From a virus: DNA of 44,299 nt. Within the stretch, counting starts at the first letter, position 1, and each line of letters opens with the position of its first letter. A program made the translations under genes and the position numbers. Of this stretch, positions 27,538 to 36,505 are shown one piece after another. The stretch lies in the IMG/VR virus record IMGVR_UViG_3300033150_002085, positions 1-44,299 of that record. One strand, written 5' to 3'. The notes under the pieces are model-generated. The model was not told the origin of the DNA. It did not search any database and was given only the letters and a program-made list of their open reading frames with translations.

Positions 27538-28044
27538 ATGGCAGCCGGGGCAGCGGCAGCGGTCGTGTCCCACGCCTCCTTCACGCATCCCTCGGAGCGC
27601 CTCCGAGAAGCCGCGCCCCGGCCGCCTGTTTTGAAAGGGCCGAAAATGCAAGACGCCATCCAGAAGTTCGTGGAGCTCGAGACCCGCCGCCGTGAACTCA
27701 AGGACCAGCTCAAGGCGGTCGAGGCCGAGCAGGAAGTGGTCCGCGAGCAACTGCTCGCTGAGTTCGAGCGGGCTGGCGTGTCCAGCCTGTCCGCCGGTCC
27801 CTACACCGTCTACCTCCACCGCCAACTGTGGGCGGTGCCGGAAGACCGCGACTACGAGAAGGCCTGCCAGGCGCTCCGCGAGGCTGGCCTCGGCGACTTC
27901 GTCCACGAGCGGTTCAACGTGCACCAGCTCAGCGCATACTTCCGGGAGCTGGCCAACGAGACCGGCGAGGTAGAACTGCCCGCCCCGTTGCAGGGCGTCA
28001 TCCGGGTTGAGGAACGGGTCGACCTGCGAGCTCGCAAACGGTAG
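27538..28044 (+). CDS. Hypothetical coiled-coil protein (Gp157-like?)
   Basis: 168 aa. An alternative start at ATG 27646 gives 132 aa. A coiled-coil segment is followed by a small globular domain. Confidence 0.55.
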   Translation: MAAGAAAAVVSHASFTHPSERLREAAPRPPVLKGPKMQDAIQKFVELETRRRELKDQLKAVEAEQEVVREQLLAEFERAGVSSLSAGPYTVYLHRQLWAVPEDRDYEKACQALREAGLGDFVHERFNVHQLSAYFRELANETGEVELPAPLQGVIRVEERVDLRARKR

Positions 28045-28076
28045 GGGCTCGGGGTCACAGATAAAGGAGCGGAGTC

Positions 28077-28892
28077 ATGGCGAAGCGAAAGAACCAGCAG
28101 GGCGCGGCCAGCAAGGCGCTGGCCAAGGTCGGCGACACGGAATTCGCCGTCCTCAAGGCGGGGAGCGCTGGCGAGGTGCAGGCGCTCATCCGCGAGAACA
28201 TTGGGGCCGGTGGCCTGGCCCCGACGGACCTCGAGCGCATCGTCATCCCGGCCGGTGGCGGCACGGCCTGGAACATCAAGACGCTCGAGGGCGACGTCAA
28301 CGTCGACCACTTCGACGCGGTCATCCTCTACTGGAAGGACGTCCGGCTCTACTGGGCGTCCGAGTTCACCGGTGCCGGGTCGCCGCCCGACTGCCTGTCG
28401 AACGACGGCTTGACGGGCCGCGGCAACCCCGGCGGCGTGTGTGCCCGGTGCCCGAACGCGCAGTTCGGCTCCGCCGCGAACGGCGTGGGGCAGGCCTGCA
28501 AGCAGTGCCGCCAGCTGTTCGTGCTGCTGCCGGACGACCGCCTGCCGCGGCTGCTGTCGGTGCCGCCGACGAGCCTCAAGCCTGTCCGCCAGTACTTCCT
28601 GCGGCTGGCGTCGGCAGGCCGCCCCTACCATTCGGTGGTCACCCGGTTCGGGTTGGAGGTGGCCCAGTCGTCCGGCGGGTTCCGCTACAGCCGCATCGTC
28701 CCCTCCGTGGCCGCGACGCTCCCGCCGGAGCAGGCGGAGTTCTTCGCCAAGATGAGCCGGGCGCTCGCGCCCGCCCTGGCGCGCGTCGAGGCGAGCGAGG
28801 ACGACTACGCCGTCGCCTCGGAAGGCGAGACGCCGCCCGCGCAGGATGCCGATGCGCCCGGGGGCGAGGCCGAACCCGAGCCGCCGTTTTGA
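28077..28892 (+). CDS. Hypothetical Cys-rich (CxxC...CxxC zinc-ribbon) protein
   Basis: 271 aa. SD AAAGGAGCGGAG. Acidic C-terminal tail. Lies in the replication module. Confidence 0.65.
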   Translation: MAKRKNQQGAASKALAKVGDTEFAVLKAGSAGEVQALIRENIGAGGLAPTDLERIVIPAGGGTAWNIKTLEGDVNVDHFDAVILYWKDVRLYWASEFTGAGSPPDCLSNDGLTGRGNPGGVCARCPNAQFGSAANGVGQACKQCRQLFVLLPDDRLPRLLSVPPTSLKPVRQYFLRLASAGRPYHSVVTRFGLEVAQSSGGFRYSRIVPSVAATLPPEQAEFFAKMSRALAPALARVEASEDDYAVASEGETPPAQDADAPGGEAEPEPPF

Positions 28893-28982
28893 CGAGCCGC
28901 CCGCCTGCCCGCTGGGTGGGCGGGCGCAGCGGGGCCGCGAGCCCCCCCGCGTCCGCTCACCCGAGCGCGAAGGAGGGTTGGT

Positions 28983-30710
28983 ATGAGCCTCGCCGCCCAG
29001 TTCTTGCGCGCGTTCTTCAACAACGCCAACGACGACGAGTTCTACGCGTGCCTGTGGACTCCCCGGCAACGCCCCTTCTTCTTCAAATGGCCAAGCGAGG
29101 TCGACAAAGCCGCCGCCCAGGCAGACAAGTGGACCGAGGCCAGGCGCGACGTCTACTTCCGGGCGACGCTCCTGCGGTCGCCGCCGAAAACAGGACGCGG
29201 GACAGCGGCCGACACCGCGGCCCTCGTGGGCGTGTGGGCGGACATTGACATTGCCGGGCCGGCGCACCGCAAGCAGGGCCTGCCCCTGTCGGAGGAGGTC
29301 GCTCGCAAGCTGCTCATGGCGTTCGGGCCGCCGCCCTCACTGCTGTGGCACAGCGGCCACGGCCTCCAGGCGGCGTGGCTGTTCGATGAGGCCTGGGTGC
29401 TTGACACCCCCGAGGAGCGCAAGCGGGCTGCGGAGTTCTGCAAGCGGTGGTCCGACACCCTGCTGGCGACCGCCGCGGCCCGCGGCTTGACGGTGGACCC
29501 CACGGGTGACCTCGCGAGGGTTCTGCGACTGCCCGGGACCGTCAACTACAAGGCCGAGCCCGTCGCCGTCCGCGTCCTCGAACCCGAAGACGTCGTTGTG
29601 CGGCGGACGTATGACCCGACGGACCTCGCCGAGTTCGCCACAGTCGTGGCCGCGCCTCGCCGCGAGACGCCGCCGTCCTCGTCGGGCGGCGGCGTGAACA
29701 TTTCGGCAAGTGTCATCACGCCGACGGCCAACCCGCCCGCCGAGAAGCTCGTCGCCCTGCTGTCGAACAGCGAGAAGTTCCGCAAGTCGTGGGGGCGGGC
29801 GAGGCCGGACCTGCCCGACCAGTCCGCGTCGGCATACGACCTGTCGCTGGCGACCATTGCAGTGGCAGCGGGCTGGACGGACGACGAGGTGGCCGCGCTG
29901 CTCATTGCGTGGGGCCGCCAGCACCGCAGCCAGGACGAGCACCCCGACAAGCCCCTTCGCAGGGACTACCTCGAACGGACCATCGCCCTGGCTCGGCGGT
30001 CGGTCCGCGAGAACATTGCCGAGGCCGAAGCCGTGGACGAGCACCTTGCCAGGGAAGCCGCCGGCGGCGGCCGCGAAAGCACGCTCAAACTCCTGCGACG
30101 GAAACTCGGCATTCCGCTCGAGGCCGTCATCAAGCGGGGTTGCCGGCACGGGGCACGCTACAGTTTCCTGCTCGACGACGGCCGCGAAGTGCCTATCGGC
30201 ACCTCGTCGGTGCTGCTGTCGCCGACGCGCGTGGCCGCGGCCGTGTTCGACAGCCTCGACTATCGCATTCCGCAGTTCACCGCGAAGGAGTGGCGGAAGG
30301 TCGTCAACCTGCTCAAGCCCGTCATGCGCGTCGTGGACCTCGTCGAGGACGACCGCGCCACCGAGACCCTCGGCTGGGTAGCGGAGTACATTGAGGGCCG
30401 CACGGTTTACCCGGAAGACCGGTGGGCCGAGGCCCTGCCCCAACGCGAACCCTTCCAGCGTGGCGAGAAGGTCTACGTCCACAGCGGCGAAATTCAGCGC
30501 CACCTCGCCATCGTCTCCGACCTTCGCATCGAGAAGCGTGAGCTGCTTGCACGCTTGTCCGAGGCCGGCTTCGAGACCGAGAAGGTCACCGCGTGGGTGC
30601 CTTCCGCGAAGCAGACCATTGGCCGGTCATACTGGGCCATTGAAATGGCCAAGTTAACCGGCAAGGACGCCGCAAATGCCGAGACCGCGCAAGCCCGTTC
30701 AGCTGAGTAA
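28983..30710 (+). CDS. Primase-polymerase (AEP prim-pol) replication protein
   Basis: 575 aa. Motifs WADIDI, HSGHGLQAAWLF and LRLPGTVNYK match the archaeo-eukaryotic primase catalytic pattern. SD GAAGGAGGG. Confidence 0.8.
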   Translation: MSLAAQFLRAFFNNANDDEFYACLWTPRQRPFFFKWPSEVDKAAAQADKWTEARRDVYFRATLLRSPPKTGRGTAADTAALVGVWADIDIAGPAHRKQGLPLSEEVARKLLMAFGPPPSLLWHSGHGLQAAWLFDEAWVLDTPEERKRAAEFCKRWSDTLLATAAARGLTVDPTGDLARVLRLPGTVNYKAEPVAVRVLEPEDVVVRRTYDPTDLAEFATVVAAPRRETPPSSSGGGVNISASVITPTANPPAEKLVALLSNSEKFRKSWGRARPDLPDQSASAYDLSLATIAVAAGWTDDEVAALLIAWGRQHRSQDEHPDKPLRRDYLERTIALARRSVRENIAEAEAVDEHLAREAAGGGRESTLKLLRRKLGIPLEAVIKRGCRHGARYSFLLDDGREVPIGTSSVLLSPTRVAAAVFDSLDYRIPQFTAKEWRKVVNLLKPVMRVVDLVEDDRATETLGWVAEYIEGRTVYPEDRWAEALPQREPFQRGEKVYVHSGEIQRHLAIVSDLRIEKRELLARLSEAGFETEKVTAWVPSAKQTIGRSYWAIEMAKLTGKDAANAETAQARSAE

Positions 30711-31146
30711 GGCCGAGCAGCGGGTCTACGCAGCGCTGCGCGTGATGGCCACGCACGTGGGGTTCTGTGCAGTCGTCCTCTTGCACCGCGACGGCCCCCA
30801 GACCGTGCGTCACCTCGCCAAGCGCGCCGGCGCGACGCATGCAGCGATGGCGGCCGCGCTTCGCCGCCTGGCCAAGTGCGGCCTGGTGGAGGAGGCCGCG
30901 CCGGCGAGAAGGGGACCCGGCGGGGAACCTGCGAGGTGGCGGCTGGCCCGCGTCAACCTCGGCGGGGTCATCGACTGGTTCTCGGAGCTGGCCGACGCGT
31001 GCTTGGAGGCCGCCGAGCGTGGCATCGTTCCCAGCGGCAAGTCCCGGGAGCCCGGCGCGATGGCCGCGATGCGACGGCTGCGAAGCCTGCTCGAGGACGG
31101 CCAAAACGGTGACGGCGACAGCGACGGCGACGATTTGGAGTGGTAA
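30676..31146 (+). CDS. Winged helix-turn-helix (MarR-like) DNA-binding protein
   Basis: 156 aa. VRHLAKRAGATHAAMAAALRRLAKCGLVEE looks like a wHTH recognition segment. Overlaps the prim-pol gene end. Confidence 0.6.
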   Translation: MPRPRKPVQLSKAEQRVYAALRVMATHVGFCAVVLLHRDGPQTVRHLAKRAGATHAAMAAALRRLAKCGLVEEAAPARRGPGGEPARWRLARVNLGGVIDWFSELADACLEAAERGIVPSGKSREPGAMAAMRRLRSLLEDGQNGDGDSDGDDLEW

Positions 31147-31278
31147 TCGCCGCGCCAGCGGCCGCAGGACGCCCCACGTTGGCCCAGGTTCGACGAAAAT
31201 GCCGCTCGCGACTCAAGAGACCACCGAATCGACTTAGGCCGTCAGGCGCAAAATACGGCGTTCTGCCGCCCGCTCGCA

Positions 31279-31325
31279 AAAATCCCAGGATTTTGCCTTG
31301 ACGCATTGTCATTCGCCGGTAATGT
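31279..31325 (+). promoter_or_regulatory. Sigma70-like promoter with palindromic operator
   Basis: Operator AAAATCCCAGGATTTT (31279-31294), -35 TTGACG (31298-31303), 16-nt spacer, -10 TAATGT (31320-31325). Confidence 0.7.
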
Positions 31326-31359
31326 GTCAGCGTGGGACGCGAGCGTAAAGGAGACGCCG

Positions 31360-31605
31360 ATGGACGCCGCCAAGACCGACGAGACCCTGGCGATGCTCAA
31401 GGCGAAGGTCGCGTGGTATGAGCAGGCCCTGAAGCGGACCCGCAAGGCCCTGCGCGAAGCCCTCGCCGACGGCATTATGCTGGCCGACCACGGGTGGCCG
31501 TGGCCACAGAACGGCGCGCTGGGGCCGCTCGACTGGCTCGAGGTCCGCGAGCGGCTGCTGACCACGCGGAACCGCTTTTTCCCGCGCGGCGGCTCGTTCG
31601 TGTGA
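31360..31605 (+). CDS. Hypothetical protein
   Basis: 81 aa from ATG 31360 with SD AAAGGAG upstream. Confidence 0.55.
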   Translation: MDAAKTDETLAMLKAKVAWYEQALKRTRKALREALADGIMLADHGWPWPQNGALGPLDWLEVRERLLTTRNRFFPRGGSFV

Positions 31606-31619
31606 CGGAGGAGCAAGCC

Positions 31620-31895
31620 ATGACGAACCCGCATAACCTATCGACAATCGTTCGCGAGTGGATGGAGCGAACCGGCTACGACGGCCTGTGCAACATCCGT
31701 CGGCGCTGTGCCTGCTGCAAGGACGACCTCATGCCGTGCGCCGACCCCGCCCCCGACTGCATCGCTGGCTACGTGGTGCGGTGCAATTGCGCGCGGCTGA
31801 CGCACCGCTTTCACGTCGTCGCCAGTCCCAGCCCGGTGCCGTTCGTTCTTTCCGTCGCCGCCTGGGAACCCCCGGAGGAGTCGAGCCATGAGTAG
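31620..31895 (+). CDS. Hypothetical Cys-rich protein
   Basis: 91 aa from ATG 31620 with SD GGAGGAGC upstream. Confidence 0.55.
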   Translation: MTNPHNLSTIVREWMERTGYDGLCNIRRRCACCKDDLMPCADPAPDCIAGYVVRCNCARLTHRFHVVASPSPVPFVLSVAAWEPPEESSHE

Positions 31896-32211
31896 GACCG
31901 CGTATCTTCGTTTCGAGCAGCAGTTGCCGGCGGACGAACTCGACGACCTAATCAAGGCCATGCTATCGACCGACCCTGCCGATAACCGCTTTCACCTGTG
32001 GGGTGGCAGCGTCGCCGCGCCTACTGGCGTCCACGTTCGCGGGGTGGACCTACCCTCGTGGCTGCCGGTTTCGCTCGAAGTCTCCGACCGCTTAGCCATA
32101 CTGACGGTAGAGAAGGGTGACCCCGAGACCGAGCAGGAAATCATTGACCGCTTCGCTTCGGACCTTCGCCGCTACTTGCGGCAGGAGATATCAGTGGAGG
32201 TCGATGAATGA
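31888..32211 (+). CDS. Hypothetical protein
   Basis: 107 aa, coupled by overlap, with SD GGAGGAG upstream. Confidence 0.55.
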   Translation: MSRTAYLRFEQQLPADELDDLIKAMLSTDPADNRFHLWGGSVAAPTGVHVRGVDLPSWLPVSLEVSDRLAILTVEKGDPETEQEIIDRFASDLRRYLRQEISVEVDE

Positions 32212-32501
32212 ACGCTGACCCGCTGGATGAACTGGCACGCCGGCAAGACGTCCGCCCTATCGAGGACGTCCGGGCTCTGGCCTGCCCTGGCGGCCTCGAC
32301 GCCGACCTGGCGGCGGACGCCGAGCGGCTACGCCACCCCGAGCGGGCCCCCCTCGACCGCGAGCAGGCCTGGCTTGCCCTCGAACTCGAGCGCGCGGGCG
32401 TGCCAGAACACCTGGCCGACGCCGTGGCCCGGCGCATCCCGTCGCGCCTGGCCCACCACGTGGCGGCGGCGCTCCAAGAGGGCGCGTGGAAGAACCGATG
32501 A
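32208..32501 (+). CDS. Hypothetical protein
   Basis: 97 aa with ATGA coupling. Confidence 0.5.
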   Translation: MNADPLDELARRQDVRPIEDVRALACPGGLDADLAADAERLRHPERAPLDREQAWLALELERAGVPEHLADAVARRIPSRLAHHVAAALQEGAWKNR

Positions 32502-32523
32502 GCCGAGCGAAAGGAGCCAAGCC

Positions 32524-32874
32524 ATGTCACGCATCGACCACCTGACCGATACCGACATCCAAGACCTCCTCGACCGCCTCCGCGAGGCCGAGCGGCGGGC
32601 CGAATACCGGGCCGAGCGAGCCGAACGGGCCGAGCGCCGGGTCCGCTACCTCGAAGGCGTCCTGAAGTGCCCGGAGACCGAACTGAGCCGGACCCGCGAG
32701 GCCCTACGTTGGGCCTTGGACACGGCCGTGCACCTGGCCGATTGCGCCGTTGATTCTGACCGCGGCAGGGCCGGCCCCGACGCCTGGGAATTCGTCGCGA
32801 GGGTGCGAAAGCAAATCGTCGAGCGGCGCAAGCAGTTCTTCGGCCAGCGGAAGGAGCCGAGTCAGGGAGATTAA
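32524..32874 (+). CDS. Hypothetical coiled-coil protein
   Basis: 116 aa from ATG 32524 with SD AAAGGAGCC upstream. Confidence 0.55.
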   Translation: MSRIDHLTDTDIQDLLDRLREAERRAEYRAERAERAERRVRYLEGVLKCPETELSRTREALRWALDTAVHLADCAVDSDRGRAGPDAWEFVARVRKQIVERRKQFFGQRKEPSQGD

Positions 32875-32877
32875 GCC

Positions 32878-33231
32878 ATGCAAGAATGGACAGACACGCA
32901 TGAGGAGGTCCGGGTCCGCATTTGGCGGCGAGCGCCGGACCTCATCGACTTTCAGGTCGACCCGCCGGCCGCAAGCCTCGGCAGTGTCCGGAGCATCACC
33001 GTTACCAACATCCGGTGCCCGCCGGACTTCACCGACGAGGAAGTCGCCCACCGAGTCGTCCGGTTGCTCGACCATATTGCCGACCATCCGGAGTCGCTTT
33101 TCGAGCAGTGCAACAGCGTGGACGACAAATTGAAGGCCGTGCGGCTCCTCGAGGTGGCGCTCCAAATCAAGCCCTACCTCGAGGTGGCGATTAAGGCGCT
33201 GCCGCCGGAAAGAACGGAAGGAGCCAACTGA
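32878..33231 (+). CDS. Hypothetical protein, paralog A of a tandem pair
   Basis: 117 aa. Shares RVVRLL...ALQIKPYLE with the next gene. Confidence 0.55.
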   Translation: MQEWTDTHEEVRVRIWRRAPDLIDFQVDPPAASLGSVRSITVTNIRCPPDFTDEEVAHRVVRLLDHIADHPESLFEQCNSVDDKLKAVRLLEVALQIKPYLEVAIKALPPERTEGAN

Positions 33232-33662
33232 TGGATGGTGTTGAAAGCGTCGTGTGGGCCGTTGCTTTCGTGGTCATCGTTCTCGTGCTTTTCAGCCGCC
33301 GGAAACGGCCAGCCCCGGAGGAGCGGCGGCGGGCCAAGACGTCGCCGCAGGTGTTCGAGGCGGGGCTGCTCAAGGTCCGCATCGAGCGAGGCCTCCCGGG
33401 CGGCAGGTGGCGGTGCGACATTTTCTCGCCGCAGGGGTCCGCGCAGATTGAAATCAAGAAGGACGACCCGCTCGCGAGCGACCGCGAAATGGCCCGGCGG
33501 GTGGTCCGGTTCCTGCGAGACCTGGCCAACAACCCCGCGGTGATGCTGAGAAGCTGGGAGCTTCCCGAGGCGAAGGAGGACGCCCTCAACGCCCTGGACA
33601 CTGCGCTGCAGCTCAAGCCCTACCTCGACCATGCATGCGCCGATTTGGAGGAAAATCGATGA
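33231..33662 (+). CDS. Hypothetical membrane-anchored protein, paralog B of a tandem pair
   Basis: 143 aa. N-terminal TM helix VVWAVAFVVIVLVLF. Shares RVVRFL...ALQLKPYLD with the previous gene. Confidence 0.55.
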   Translation: MDGVESVVWAVAFVVIVLVLFSRRKRPAPEERRRAKTSPQVFEAGLLKVRIERGLPGGRWRCDIFSPQGSAQIEIKKDDPLASDREMARRVVRFLRDLANNPAVMLRSWELPEAKEDALNALDTALQLKPYLDHACADLEENR

Positions 33663-34462
33663 GCGCCGTCTCGTGCCAGCCGACATTTTCACGCCGCGCG
33701 TCGGGGCTCTACGTGCCAGCGCGACTCCGCCGCCCCGTGGCCATCGACCTGTTCTGCGGCTGCGGAGGGATGAGCCTCGGTTTCATTCAGGCGGGGTTCG
33801 AGGTCGTGGCTGCCTTGGACAACAACCCCGCGGCGGCGACGACCTACATGTATAACCTGGGTGCGTATCCGTGCCAGTTCCACTTCGCCGACGACGACGC
33901 CCGCGACCGTCTGGAGCGGCACCTCGCCAAGTCGATGCAGAACCAGCATGGCGTCGCCGTGATGCCCGTATCGGGCGGGGCCAGGGCCGACGGGCCGTTC
34001 GAGGGTTGGCCGGAGGGGTATCCCGGCGTCCAGCACTTCTTTTTCGGCGACGCGCGGGCGTTCACCGGTGAGCAGATTCTCGAGGCCGTCGGCTTGGAAC
34101 CCGGCGCGGTGGACTGCGTGTGCGGTGGACCGCCCTGCCAGGGGTTCACTCGGGCCAACCGCTATCGCGGCCCGGACGACCCGCGAAATAACCTGGTTTT
34201 CGAGTTCGCCCGCCTAGTCCTCGAAATTCGGCCGAAGACCATCCTGATGGAGAACGTGCCCGAAATCGCCTCGATGATGACCCCCGAGGGCATCTCGGTC
34301 CTGGACAAGTTCTGCCTCATCCTGGAAGAGGGCGGGTTCGCCGCGGCCGACGCACTGAAGCGCGTGCTGCTCGCCAAGCCGGGTGCCCGCGTGTGCCGGC
34401 GGGCACAGGCGTCGAAGCCGAAACCTGAACCGCGCGCAAGCAATCAGCCCATGCTGTTCTGA
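33659..34462 (+). CDS. DNA (cytosine-5) methyltransferase, N-terminal half only
   Basis: 267 aa. Motif I DLFCGCGG, motif IV GGPPCQGFT and motif VI ENVPE are present. I see no QxRxR, TRD or GNAVP motifs before the stop. Confidence 0.8.
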   Translation: MSAVSCQPTFSRRASGLYVPARLRRPVAIDLFCGCGGMSLGFIQAGFEVVAALDNNPAAATTYMYNLGAYPCQFHFADDDARDRLERHLAKSMQNQHGVAVMPVSGGARADGPFEGWPEGYPGVQHFFFGDARAFTGEQILEAVGLEPGAVDCVCGGPPCQGFTRANRYRGPDDPRNNLVFEFARLVLEIRPKTILMENVPEIASMMTPEGISVLDKFCLILEEGGFAAADALKRVLLAKPGARVCRRAQASKPKPEPRASNQPMLF

Positions 34463-34504
34463 GGAGCCCCCGTGCATCCGACACTGAAGGACTGGAGGAG
34501 AACG

Positions 34505-34819
34505 ATGAAATATCTCGTCGTGGCGAAAAACGAGGTGTGCTTTGAGCTGACCGCCAAGGTGATGGTCCGAGCGCCTTTGCGGAAGATTGTCCAACAGTTG
34601 AACAACATTGAAAATGAGCCCGTCGGCGGGACGACGCATTGGGCACTACTGGGGCTACCGACCATTGAGGCCGAATCCATTCACGCCTATCGCCTCGCCA
34701 ACCGCCCAGACCTCTGCGCCCTGATAGTTGGCGCAAAGGACGGCGTCGTCCTGCGGGCCGTCCTGCACGAGGCCGACGTCCGCCATATCAAGGCCCAAGC
34801 TGGAAGGAGCGAGCCGTGA
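34505..34819 (+). CDS. Hypothetical protein in a lower-GC patch
   Basis: 104 aa from ATG 34505 with SD GGAGGAG upstream. Confidence 0.55.
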   Translation: MKYLVVAKNEVCFELTAKVMVRAPLRKIVQQLNNIENEPVGGTTHWALLGLPTIEAESIHAYRLANRPDLCALIVGAKDGVVLRAVLHEADVRHIKAQAGRSEP

Positions 34820-35013
34820 AAACACCACGCCCGAGCTTCGAGGTGCGCGAGCGAGCCCGTTACGCCATCGACCGCATGAGCGACGAGCTGTGGTGGCTGG
34901 GCGACATGTGGGAAAACCCGCAGTGGCATCAGCGCGTGACTCGCGCCCGGATGGCCCTGGCCGAGTTGCGCAGGTACCTGACCGAGGAGGGAGGCCGATG
35001 CGAGACCGCCTGA
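34816..35013 (+). CDS. Hypothetical protein
   Basis: 65 aa with a GTG start and SD GGAAGGAGCG upstream. Confidence 0.5.
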   Translation: MKTPRPSFEVRERARYAIDRMSDELWWLGDMWENPQWHQRVTRARMALAELRRYLTEEGGRCETA

Positions 35014-35297
35014 AAGTCACCGAACGCGAAGCCGACGAGGCACTGGTCCCGGCCGAATGGCACGACCCGCAACCGCGGCACGTCGCCGAACGCGCCCTGA
35101 CCGCCCTCATCCAGTGGGGCTACGAGCGCACGAAAGACCTCGACGAGACCACCCGCTGGGTGTTCAGTGAAGCGCACGCCGTCCTGCTCGATGCGGTGAG
35201 CCGCCTCGCCGACGAGGAAGCCGCCGAGCGGCCGAACGAGGGGCTGATGGAGGCCGTCCAGGCCTACCTCGACGACACGCGAAACGTGCTGGAATGA
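34998..35297 (+). CDS. Hypothetical protein
   Basis: 99 aa from ATG 34998 with SD GAGGAGGGAGG upstream. Confidence 0.5.
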   Translation: MRDRLKVTEREADEALVPAEWHDPQPRHVAERALTALIQWGYERTKDLDETTRWVFSEAHAVLLDAVSRLADEEAAERPNEGLMEAVQAYLDDTRNVLE

Positions 35298-36217
35298 GCG
35301 ACGCCGCGCAAGAACTCGACCAGGCCGTCACCGAGCACCTCGAAGGTGCCAGCCGCGTGATGGCCCCCATCGGGTGGTTCGGCGGGAAAGGTCTCCACGC
35401 CAAACGCCTCGTCCCGCACATTCCGTGGTCCCGCGTCTACTGCGAGCCCTACTGCGGGGCGGCCAGCGTGTTCTGGCACCTGCAGCCGCGGCCCGTCGAG
35501 GTGCTCAACGACCTGAACGGGGAAATCATCGCCCTTTTCCGGTGCCTGCAGGACCGCGCGCTGTTCGAGGAGCTCCGTCACCGCCTTCTGTGGACGCCTT
35601 ACAGCCGCGCCGAGTTCTGCCGTGCCCTCGAGACGCCCGCCGACGCCCCGCTCCTCGACCGCGCCTGGGCGACGTTCGTCAAGTACAACCAGGGTACCTG
35701 CGGCGTGGGGCAAACACCTGGCAACTGGGGAAGGGTGTTCACCGCTGCGAACGGGATGGCCAACGTCGCCAGCAAGTGGCGCGTCCGCCTACGGCTCCTC
35801 AAGGCCTGGCACGACCGCCTGACCCGCGTCCAACTCGACAACCGCGACGCCCTCGAGGTTATCCGCTACTGGGACACGCCGGACACGTTTTTCTACGTCG
35901 ACCCGCCCTACGTGCCCGAGACGCGAAGCAGCACGCAGGTCTACCGGTGCGAAGCGACCGCCGACCACCACCGCGACCTCGTCGCGCTCCTCCTCACACT
36001 GAGGGGTGGCGCAGCCGTAAGCGGGTATGACCACCCGATTTACAGGCCCCTCGAGGACGCCGGGTGGGAGCGGCACGAATTCGAGACCGTTTGCCACGCC
36101 GCCGCTCGGACGCGCACCAGTGCCCTGCAGGGCAAGGGGGCCCTGGAGGCGCGCGTGCCGCGAACCGAAGTCGTATGGGTGAAGCCGCTCAAGACGGGCG
36201 GCCTGTTCCCGTTGTAG
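35294..36217 (+). CDS. dam: DNA adenine methyltransferase (Dam/D12 class)
   Basis: 307 aa. Motif I-like EPYCGAASVF and catalytic DPPY (FFYVDPPY). ATGA coupling. Confidence 0.85.
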   Translation: MSDAAQELDQAVTEHLEGASRVMAPIGWFGGKGLHAKRLVPHIPWSRVYCEPYCGAASVFWHLQPRPVEVLNDLNGEIIALFRCLQDRALFEELRHRLLWTPYSRAEFCRALETPADAPLLDRAWATFVKYNQGTCGVGQTPGNWGRVFTAANGMANVASKWRVRLRLLKAWHDRLTRVQLDNRDALEVIRYWDTPDTFFYVDPPYVPETRSSTQVYRCEATADHHRDLVALLLTLRGGAAVSGYDHPIYRPLEDAGWERHEFETVCHAAARTRTSALQGKGALEARVPRTEVVWVKPLKTGGLFPL

Positions 36218-36241
36218 GCCGCCAAACGAAAGGAGTGCGAA

Positions 36242-36478
36242 ATGGGACTGCCGACGTTCGAACGACTGCGAGACCGGCTCGTGCCGCTCTACCGCGTGAA
36301 GGAGGCGCTCGACGCCCTCGACACGCTCCTCGACTGGCCGGACGACGAGCTGCCCGCCTACCAGGAAGAGGTCCAGAAGGCCATCGACAAGGCCGAACGG
36401 GCCATCCTGAGGGCCGCAAAAACCCTCGCAACCACCCGCAAAAAGCCCTTGAGCCCCGCGTCCACAGCGGCAGAATGA
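36242..36478 (+). CDS. Hypothetical protein
   Basis: 78 aa with SD AAAGGAG upstream. Confidence 0.55.
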   Translation: MGLPTFERLRDRLVPLYRVKEALDALDTLLDWPDDELPAYQEEVQKAIDKAERAILRAAKTLATTRKKPLSPASTAAE

Positions 36479-36505
36479 CGCGGCAGCCGCCGCGAAGGAG
36501 ACGCC

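Noticed and set aside
28893-28982. Hairpin GCCCGCC-N13-GGCGGGC upstream of the prim-pol gene, considered as a terminator or origin.
   Set aside because: It has no T-tract and only one short stem in GC-rich DNA. That is insufficient evidence.
34463-35300. The missing C-terminal half of the C5-methyltransferase, possibly encoded downstream in another frame (frameshift pseudogene).
   Set aside because: None of the three + frames downstream shows QxRxR, GNAVP or TRD-like sequence. The downstream ORFs have their own SD sites.
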